This document shows positions 57,030 to 64,000 of a stretch of 64,000 nucleotides of DNA, piece after piece. The position numbers and the translations under genes are program-made. How positions within the stretch are numbered: the first letter of the stretch is position 1; every line of letters begins with the position of its first letter. The stretch is from a virus (Duplodnaviria; Caudoviricetes). The notes beneath the pieces are model-generated. The model made no database searches. It saw only the letters and a list, made by a program, of their open reading frames with translations, and was not told the origin of the DNA. Location of the stretch: positions 6,384 to 70,383 of the IMG/VR virus record IMGVR_UViG_3300037313_000577; one strand, written 5' to 3'.

Positions 57030-58133
57030 ATGGATATTAAACAGCTAGTCGAACGTCTGATCGCAGAAGGTGAAGTTGACGGACTCGCACGGAATCGTGC
57101 TGCGCAGTTCGGCACACCCGCGCGCGCGTATCTTGGTGCGACGTTCCTGCCCGAACGTGATCAAGATCAAACTGAATACACGGAAGAAGAAATCCGGTTC
57201 AGGACGGTGATCGCCAATGATGGCACACGCTACTCACCAGCACAACTGCGTGATAGCGGTGCGATCATGGGCACGATGCGTGTGTCGCTCTCCAACAGCG
57301 ACATCGCACGTGAGTTCACCGCGCGCGATTACGACGGTCTGCGGCGTCTGCTTGGAACGGGACGCACGATGGAAGCGGCGCTGCGCTTCACCGGATGGCT
57401 TGACACGATGATCAATCTAGCGCTTGTCGAGCTAGATGAAAAGCATCGGTGGGAAGCGTTGTTGGACGCGCAATGCCTCCGTGCTGGCGATAACGGCTAT
57501 ACGGAAACGGTGTATTACTCGAATCCTCCCGGTCATCGCCTGACACTCGGTGACGCATGGAGCGATCCGACCTATGATCCGTGGCCGGACATCACTGGCA
57601 TGGCGCAATTCCTCTATGACAAGGGCTATCGCGTCAATCGCATCGTTACGTCACGGTGGGCGCGTTCGCTCCTGCTCTCCAATCCGAAGATCGCACAGCG
57701 CGTGCTGGCGACTCCGGTGGTGTTGTCAGGTGGCACGCTCACGGCTGTGCAGCCGGGCATGCGCTTGTCAGTTGCGCAATTGAATGCGGCGCTCGAAGCC
57801 GAAGAATTGCCGCCGATTGAGACGTACGATCTGTCGTATTTCACGCAGACCGGACAGGCGCGATTCTTCCGGCGTGATGCAATGATGTTCGCGTGCACGA
57901 CCGGGCGCGATGAGGAAATCCAGGTCGATCCCGATACGGAACCGATTCTCATCCCGGATACGCTTGGGTACACCGGGATCGGGCCTGCTGCGGGGCAGGA
58001 CGGACCTGGGCGCGTGCTTGACTTGCAGGTGTTCACCAACAAGCCGCCACGCGTGGAAGTGAACGGTTGGGAAACGTCGCTCCCTGTGATCCTCGATCCA
58101 GAGGCGATAGGCGTCCTGAACGGCATTTCGTAA
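57030..58133 (+). CDS. major capsid protein (HK97 fold, cap_E-like)
   Basis: 367 aa, TFLPER...E....RWEALL...W..PT.DP..DI pattern, and gene position. Confidence 0.85.
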   Translation: MDIKQLVERLIAEGEVDGLARNRAAQFGTPARAYLGATFLPERDQDQTEYTEEEIRFRTVIANDGTRYSPAQLRDSGAIMGTMRVSLSNSDIAREFTARDYDGLRRLLGTGRTMEAALRFTGWLDTMINLALVELDEKHRWEALLDAQCLRAGDNGYTETVYYSNPPGHRLTLGDAWSDPTYDPWPDITGMAQFLYDKGYRVNRIVTSRWARSLLLSNPKIAQRVLATPVVLSGGTLTAVQPGMRLSVAQLNAALEAEELPPIETYDLSYFTQTGQARFFRRDAMMFACTTGRDEEIQVDPDTEPILIPDTLGYTGIGPAAGQDGPGRVLDLQVFTNKPPRVEVNGWETSLPVILDPEAIGVLNGIS

Positions 58134-58205
58134 ACGCGTAACCGTGTGTGACGCACACCGTGTGAACAACATGCGTGTGCGTCACATGCAGACGGAGATC
58201 ACAGC

Positions 58206-58436
58206 ATGGCGACAAAGAAGAAAACGGATCGCGCACAGGACGTGCAAGATCCGAGTGTCGTGTCGCATGTGGAGGAAACCGAGCGCAAGCGTGCGGATTT
58301 GCAGGCGTTGAATGAGCGCATGCAATCCGTGCCGAATGCGATTGGCGTTGCAGGCGCAACCGGATCATCGGTTGCGGATGCGGCGAACATCCCCGCTGGC
58401 GGCACGACGATCACAGGTGGAGGCACGAATGGCTAA
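58206..58436 (+). CDS. hypothetical protein
   Basis: GGAG RBS, 76 aa. Confidence 0.5.
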   Translation: MATKKKTDRAQDVQDPSVVSHVEETERKRADLQALNERMQSVPNAIGVAGATGSSVADAANIPAGGTTITGGGTNG

Positions 58437-58809
58437 GCGCGTGCTCGTCGGCGGGTATATGTACAATGGCGAACGGTACGGACCGGGCGAAGCCGATCTG
58501 CCAGAAGGCGATGCACACAAGAAATTTCTCGCGCGTGTCGATGCGACGGAAGAAACACGCAAGCGCGAGCTAGATGCGCGTGTGCAATCGGCTGTGGGTG
58601 GTGCGCTTCCGCCTGGGTACGACTATCGGAGTGTCGCAACCGCGCCGACTCCATTCATTGCACCAGAAAGTGCAAGTTCGAGTGCTGGCGGCGAGAGCAA
58701 AGACGCATCCGATCCGGCCAACAATCCCGCGCCACGTTTGCAGGGATCGACTTCGGCGGATACAACCAAGTCGAGCGGATCGGGTTCGTCGCCAGCGTCG
58801 TCTAAATAG
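58429..58809 (+). CDS. hypothetical head-associated protein
   Basis: GGAGG RBS before MAKRVL, low-complexity tail. Confidence 0.55.
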   Translation: MAKRVLVGGYMYNGERYGPGEADLPEGDAHKKFLARVDATEETRKRELDARVQSAVGGALPPGYDYRSVATAPTPFIAPESASSSAGGESKDASDPANNPAPRLQGSTSADTTKSSGSGSSPASSK

Positions 58810-58817
58810 GATCGATC

Positions 58818-59282
58818 ATGCCTGCTGCAACAAGCTACACAGAAGAAACACTTGCTGCGTACATGCGTACGAGTGTGTTACGTGAAACAGCGGACACGCT
58901 CGCGTGGACGGTCGTCACCGTACCAGGAGATTACGACACGATCATCCACGATGTCGAGCGCTATCTTGGCGTGGACGACATTGCGTCCGTCGAGAGCGCG
59001 CGCATGCGCTATGTGGAGCTTGTTGCAGCCTATTTCGCGTGGAAAGCTGCGGTCGCCGCGTTCGTCACCGCATATGATATTGCAGGTGGCGGCGCAACCG
59101 GCAACGCGCTTGCACGCACCATGGCACGCGGACAGATGTTCGCGCATGCACAACAAGCGTTAGCGGATGCAGCAGACGAGCTAGAACAATACGAGCGAAC
59201 ACTCGTCGGTGTCGATCAGATGGTGGAAGCGGGCACGCGTTCGGCGGCGATCCGTGTACGCGCGGTGTGGAGGCCACGCTAG
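58818..59282 (+). CDS. head-tail adaptor candidate
   Basis: Helical 154-aa protein, assigned by position. Confidence 0.5.
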   Translation: MPAATSYTEETLAAYMRTSVLRETADTLAWTVVTVPGDYDTIIHDVERYLGVDDIASVESARMRYVELVAAYFAWKAAVAAFVTAYDIAGGGATGNALARTMARGQMFAHAQQALADAADELEQYERTLVGVDQMVEAGTRSAAIRVRAVWRPR

Positions 59283-59689
59283 TGCTGCCGATCTCTCCGC
59301 ACGAAGCCGGTCGCGTACAGAACGACGAAGCCGAATTGATTGTGAATCTGTTTCGCGCGTACGGTGTCGGCGGCAGTGCGTGGACGCTCACGCGGCGCGA
59401 TGCAGGGAGTGGCATGTCGGCAGGCACGATCACTACACGCGCGCTGACAGATCTGTACGTGGCGCTCAGACAGGACGTGGGGCTGCCTGTGAATCCGGTC
59501 GATACGCCGATTCCATCCGACGCATGGAGCGCGGTCTCACGCACGGAAGCAGATCTGTTGGTGTATGACGTACTCACATCCATCGATGATCCATCACTCG
59601 CGTTCACAGTGCAAAGTGTTTCGCGCAACAGCGTCGTGATCACACTGGCGCAACTCTCGAAAAATGATCGTGTGGGAATGGCGTACTGA
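59267..59689 (+). CDS. head-tail joining candidate
   Basis: Assigned by position; beta-rich. Confidence 0.45.
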   Translation: MEATLVLPISPHEAGRVQNDEAELIVNLFRAYGVGGSAWTLTRRDAGSGMSAGTITTRALTDLYVALRQDVGLPVNPVDTPIPSDAWSAVSRTEADLLVYDVLTSIDDPSLAFTVQSVSRNSVVITLAQLSKNDRVGMAY

Positions 59690-60147
59690 TGGCACGCGCG
59701 ACATCGTTTCTGGAAATGGCACTCATCATGCAGGCGTTACCGGATGCCGTGCAAGCGAAGTGCAAGCAGGCGTTAGAGCCGTACACCATCGTTTTTGAAG
59801 ATGTCGCGACGGCAACCGACTCGTATTCGGATGTGACAGGTGCCACGCGCGCCAGTACCATGTCGTTCGTCGCGGACGCGAGCGATTTTCCTGGGCCTGT
59901 GCCTGATCAATCGCGCGCGACGGTGACGCTCTACAATCCTGGGTACGAAGCTGACGACAATATACTTGCAGCGCCAGGCGCGCATCAGATCGTGCTCGAT
60001 TCGATGTCGGGGACAAATTATTCGTATTATTTGAATATTCGCAACGGACTTGAATCTTCCTATCTGCTTGACGCGCTGCATGCAGGCGCGGTGCAAGCGT
60101 TTGATGGCCTCTGTGCCACGCTCAGTGATATGTTCAGAGGTCAATAA
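59689..60147 (+). CDS. tail completion (HK97 gp10-like) candidate
   Basis: TGATG coupling; YYLNIRNG motif; assigned by position. Confidence 0.45.
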   Translation: MARATSFLEMALIMQALPDAVQAKCKQALEPYTIVFEDVATATDSYSDVTGATRASTMSFVADASDFPGPVPDQSRATVTLYNPGYEADDNILAAPGAHQIVLDSMSGTNYSYYLNIRNGLESSYLLDALHAGAVQAFDGLCATLSDMFRGQ

Positions 60148-60596
60148 TGATTCGAATAAACGTGCAAGCACTGACGCAATCGATCTTTGATCGGATTGCA
60201 ACGGACACATACGCGCCGTGCGTCGATTTACGCTCGCGTTTGGGCATCGATGGCACCGGCAGTGATCCGTCAGTGATTCACGCGCGTTTGTTACGCGCCA
60301 ATGCACGACCGCGCCGACCGTTTTTAGCGTTTCGCGCGGGGCCGATTGTGACGCGCGAGCGTGTGATCGCAGCACCGCTCTTTTATTGGATGATCTATGA
60401 CGATCTCGTACAGAGCTACGAGCGTATCAACACCCTGTTGCCGTTGATTGACATGTGTTATGACGCGGCAAAAATCCAGCTTGCAGATACGGTCGTGGGC
60501 GAGATCAGCATCGATTCGGGATCGCGTGAACAGGAAGATCCACAATTGAATCTGCTGATGCGCTACGTTACCGTGTCTGTGGATGCGACATGGTGA
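60147..60596 (+). CDS. tail terminator candidate
   Basis: Immediately before the major tail gene; RPFLAF motif. Confidence 0.5.
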   Translation: MIRINVQALTQSIFDRIATDTYAPCVDLRSRLGIDGTGSDPSVIHARLLRANARPRRPFLAFRAGPIVTRERVIAAPLFYWMIYDDLVQSYERINTLLPLIDMCYDAAKIQLADTVVGEISIDSGSREQEDPQLNLLMRYVTVSVDATW

Positions 60597-60600
60597 TTGA

Positions 60601-61197
60601 ATGGCGACAGCAACCGAGAAATTCCGCATCTTAGGCGTGGAGCATGCGGCAATCCTGATGGATTCGACGCCGACTCCCGGCACGGTGACGGAACACGATC
60701 TTCACTTCGTCAACACAGTCAACTTTGATGTGCAGCAACAGGACATCGCATTTGAGGGCGATCAGCAGACCGTTCGGAAGTACATCATGAACGGGATCAC
60801 GATCAACGTCACGTGCGATACGGTTGATGTCAAAGCTGTGAGCGAAGCATTCAATAAGAGCACCGTTGTGGGTGATGGGCCGAGCGGTAACGGGATTCCC
60901 GTTGGCACGACGCGCATCTATTTCGGTGATCTGGCGGAAACGTCAGGCGTGAAAGTTGGCTTTCTCGCACAGACGCACGCGGACGCACTCACCGCGCAGA
61001 CAGTAGACATCCTGGATGTCGTGATCCCGATGAGCGCACTTACGATCTTCCGTCCGCCGAATCTTGGCTTCAACGCCAAAGGTCAGATGAACCTGATCTT
61101 TGCGGGTGAAAAGACGACTTCGGATGTGACTGGTGATCCGTTGCCGGAAGTCCCGGCTGACGGTTGTTTCTGGTATCTCGATTACATTGCGCCATAA
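60601..61197 (+). CDS. major tail (tube) protein
   Basis: 198 aa, beta-rich, followed by a hairpin, chaperone genes and the tape measure gene. Confidence 0.7.
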   Translation: MATATEKFRILGVEHAAILMDSTPTPGTVTEHDLHFVNTVNFDVQQQDIAFEGDQQTVRKYIMNGITINVTCDTVDVKAVSEAFNKSTVVGDGPSGNGIPVGTTRIYFGDLAETSGVKVGFLAQTHADALTAQTVDILDVVIPMSALTIFRPPNLGFNAKGQMNLIFAGEKTTSDVTGDPLPEVPADGCFWYLDYIAP

Positions 61198-61218
61198 GCG
61201 CATCTGTGATCGGGGCGC

Positions 61219-61248
61219 GGAGGGACGTGCGGATACGTACGTCCCTTC
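61219..61248 (+). terminator. hairpin after major tail gene
   Basis: GAGGGACGTGCG-GATA-CGTACGTCCCTTC. Confidence 0.45.
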
Positions 61249-61275
61249 GCTTAGTGAACGCACAACGGAGCATGT

Positions 61276-61818
61276 ATGACTGACGCACAGATCAAGAATC
61301 CCCCCGCCACTATCACGGCCACACCCGCGAGCGCGTGGCGACGACAGGCCGTCGAAGGTGAATGGTATCGTCTCCCAGGAAGCGGCAACGTCGTGTGTCT
61401 TGCACGTCCGGGCCTGCAAGCGATGATTGGCGTGGCAGGCAAGGTGCCCAATCCGATCTCACGCAACGTCCTCAATTTTCTCGCGGCAACGTCGCGCCTG
61501 ATCGACCGTGCCAACGCGAGCGAAGATGAGCGCGTGCAGGCGTGGATCGAAGATCAGCGCACGAACATCGAGCTTGCCAAGCTGTGTTTCGTGCATCCGC
61601 GCATCGTGGACGATCCACAGGGCGACGATCAGATCGCGGGTGAATGGCTCAGCGATTACGATCTTTCGTGGGTTGTGTATTCGTTCTTGGAGGGTAGCGC
61701 GGAACGCGTGAGCGCGTTTCGTCTCGCTGCAAGCACTGGAAACGATGGATCTGATGGCACAGCGCTACGGGAAGCTGCCAACGGATCTGCTGAGCCAGCA
61801 GGAGCGGACGAGTCTTAG
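61276..61818 (+). CDS. tail assembly chaperone (gpG-like)
   Basis: Between the major tail and tape measure genes; GGAG RBS. Confidence 0.7.
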   Translation: MTDAQIKNPPATITATPASAWRRQAVEGEWYRLPGSGNVVCLARPGLQAMIGVAGKVPNPISRNVLNFLAATSRLIDRANASEDERVQAWIEDQRTNIELAKLCFVHPRIVDDPQGDDQIAGEWLSDYDLSWVVYSFLEGSAERVSAFRLAASTGNDGSDGTALREAANGSAEPAGADES

Positions 61819-62140
61819 CGCGTACGAGCGCTGGTGTTGGAACGAAGCCGCGATGATCGCGGGTCTGCAAGCGGAACAGCGCGCGTACGCACGCATGCGT
61901 GCACAGATGGATGCAGACACGGATGATCCGGCCGTCGCGCCATCACCGCACGCAGACACGCAGCCACGCACGCAATCCGCGTACAAACCGGCACAAACAG
62001 GCACGGCCAGTGTGTATTCGACCGATCAGGGGCTCGTGATCACCGGATCGGTGCCGTTTATTGGTGGCGGCAGACGCAAGCGCACGCAAGCATCCACCGT
62101 CGAATTCGATCACAAGGGGCGCGCACGCTATGGCAACTGA
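61745..62140 (+). CDS. tail assembly chaperone extension (gpT-like), overlapping in the +1 frame
   Basis: Overlaps gpG by 74 nt. Frame is open from 61712. Confidence 0.6.
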   Translation: MDLMAQRYGKLPTDLLSQQERTSLSAYERWCWNEAAMIAGLQAEQRAYARMRAQMDADTDDPAVAPSPHADTQPRTQSAYKPAQTGTASVYSTDQGLVITGSVPFIGGGRRKRTQASTVEFDHKGRARYGN

Positions 62141-64000
62141 AATTGGCAATGCAGTAGCACGATTCCTCTTTGACATTAGCGACTTCGCAGAGAAGGCGCG
62201 TATGGCAGAGGAAACGCTGACTCGTCTGCAAGAATTGACAGCAAAGCCACTGCGTGCGCGCATCTCTGCATCTGTGCCAAGCGGACAGACGCGCCAGAAT
62301 GCACAGCAGCAGGTTCAAGCGGTCGTGCAACCGGAGCGGCAAGCGACTGAGGCTGTGCAGCAGACGGTGCAACGTCGCGCGCGTATCTATCAAGATGGCG
62401 TTGCCGTCGAGCGGCGCACGAATCAAGAGCTTAAGCAGACCGTAGACGAACGCATCCAGATCTACGAAAAAGAACAGGCCGCCGCACGCAATCAGGATCA
62501 AGCAGCACAGCGCCGCCGCACGCGATCACAACAGCAACAACCGCAAGCAGGCAACGCACAGCAGCAAGTTGCGCAGAGCAACGCGACTCCGCAAGCGACA
62601 AGTGCGCCTGCGGCGGGCACTGTGAATCCCGGCACGGTCGCGACCGTCACTGCCGCACTCGAAAAAGAGAGCGCGGCACTGACTGATTCCGAAGATCGTA
62701 CGATTCGCCTTGCGCTGGCGTCGAACGATCTCAAAACAGCTATCGACGCGATTGGCCGTGCACTTGCAAAGAATACACTCACCGAATCACAGCGTACCGA
62801 TCTCCTGGTGCAACAGACGCAGCTTTCCACGCGCTTCACACAAGAGCAAGTCACGCTCGAATTACGACTCGCGCGCAACGCCGCAGCCGCAAATGAATTT
62901 GCCGTTGCACTAGAGAACGTCGCCAACGCGGAAAAAGCAGCAGGCAACAGCACTGAATTGATGTCGCAAGTCGAAGCGACACACATTCAAGTGATGAAGC
63001 AGATGCAATCCATCACGAATCAAGTGGCGGATTCCGAAGTGCAACGCCTGACGATCCAAAAGCGACTCACAGATGCGCAAGCGGTAGTTCAGAAACAACT
63101 CGCAAATCTCCCGATTGCACCGGAGAACGCACCACGTCGCGCGGCACTCCAAGCCGACGAAGCACAGATCATCGCACTGATCGTCCAGGCCGAACAGAAA
63201 CAGATCAAATCTGAAGCCGATCTTGCGCGTGCGATGCGTGAGTACGAAAAGGCGATTGACAAACTGCGTGAAGCGCAGAAGGCGTACGTCAAAGATTCGA
63301 CTGGTTACAACATCCTTGAGCGCCAGATTACAGAGATTCAAAAGCAGGCAACACGCGAAGCGAATGCATACGCCGACGCACAGATTCGTAATGCGGCGGC
63401 AGCACGCAACTGGGCTGAAGCGGAGCGTCTGTTAGGAGCGGCAATTAAGAATGCCGTGACGCAAGGCGATCTGACGCGCGTCGAACGACTCCAAGGCACG
63501 CTGCAAAATCTCCAACGCACGCGTTTTGAACAATCGTTCCTGGGCGGCCTCACAGAAGGTCTGCGTAGTCTTATTCTGCCCCTTGGACTCGCACAAGCCG
63601 CACTGTCAACGTTGCGTTTTACGATTGATACAGTCATCGACGGACTTAAATTGTCTGCGCAATTCGACTTGAATCGCAGATCAATTGAAGCATTTTTCGG
63701 CTCTGTGAATCGTGGTGATGCGACCTTCAACGAAGCGATGGAGTTTGCCAAGCGCTATCGTATCTCGTATCAAGAGATGGGTGAGGCGATTCAAGATGCA
63801 GCACTGATCCAACGTACATCCAACGCGACGACTGAGGAAACACTGAGCGTGCTTGCACGTTTGCAACAGCGTGCGCCAAACAAAACATTCGCGGATGCCG
63901 TGCGGTCGGTTGTCGAACTGCAATCGGGCCAGATCCAATCGATTGAGCGCGTTTTCCAGATACCACAACGCTTCGCACAGCAGCTTGATCACGAGATTCA
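62130..64000 (+). CDS. tape measure protein, 3'-truncated by window edge
   Basis: ATG at 62130 (MATEIGNAVARF...) begins an Ala/Gln-rich coiled-coil frame, translated by hand for its first part. No stop-terminated ORF appears in the track, consistent with running off the end. Confidence 0.85.
   Translation, partial: MATEIGNAVARFLFDISDFAEKARMAEETLTRLQELTAKPLRARISASVPSGQTRQNAQQQVQAVVQPERQATEAVQQTVQRRARIYQDGVAVERRTNQELKQTVDERIQIYEKEQAAARNQDQAAQRRRTRSQQQQPQAGNAQQQVAQSNATPQATSAPAAGTVNPGTVATVTAALEKESAALTDSEDRTIRLALASNDLKTAIDAIGRALAKNTLTESQRTDLLVQQTQLSTRFTQEQVTLELRLARNAAAANEFAVALENVANAEKAAGNSTELMSQVEATHIQVMKQMQSITNQVADSEVQRLTIQKRLTDAQAVVQKQLANLPIAPENAPRRAALQADEAQIIALIVQAEQKQIKSEADLARAMREYEKAIDKLREAQKAYVKDSTGYNILERQITEIQKQATREANAYADAQIRNAAAARNWAEAERLLGAAIKNAVTQGDLTRVERLQGTLQNLQRTRFEQSFLGGLTEGLRSLILPLGLAQAALSTLRFTIDTVIDGLKLSAQFDLNRRSIEAFFGSVNRGDATFNEAMEFAKRYRISYQEMGEAIQDAALIQRTSNATTEETLSVLARLQQRAPNKTFADAVRSVVELQSGQIQSIERVFQIPQRFAQQLDHEI

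Overview
The window is about 64 kb of a long-tailed dsDNA bacteriophage (siphovirus-like), in five blocks. (1) 1-9.1 kb (+): collagen-repeat tail fibres, other virion proteins and a lysis cassette with a Fet4-like iron-permease gene. (2) 9.9-31.2 kb (+): replication, recombination and nucleotide metabolism (SNF2-type helicase, Cas4-like nuclease, AAA ATPase, SSB, three DNA methyltransferases, intein-containing primase-helicase, MazG-like protein, UDG-fused family A polymerase, several homing endonucleases). (3) 31.3-45.9 kb (-): about 31 small, mostly unassignable ORFs. (4) 45.9-48.6 kb: essentially non-coding. (5) 48.6-64 kb (+): terminase, portal, scaffold, capsid, tail and a tape measure protein that runs off the end. 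I found no integrase, repressor, tRNA, CRISPR array or reverse transcriptase. The endolysin resembles Chloroflexota proteins as I recall them, so that host is only a tentative inference. The most striking unexplained structure is a 13.4-kb array in which 21 co-oriented intergenic elements divide the leftward ORFs into cassettes. Each element is a hairpin with a variable but compensated stem, then a fixed GCRTTTAAA, then an RBS. Other notable features: 31 copies of CTGTGAATC, mostly co-oriented with transcription; two mutually inverted AT-rich inverted-repeat modules 38 kb apart; a promoter-driven, highly structured non-coding locus at 17.8-18.4 kb; and a recurrent AGTATAAAAT box. All family assignments come from motifs recognised by eye, not from database searches.
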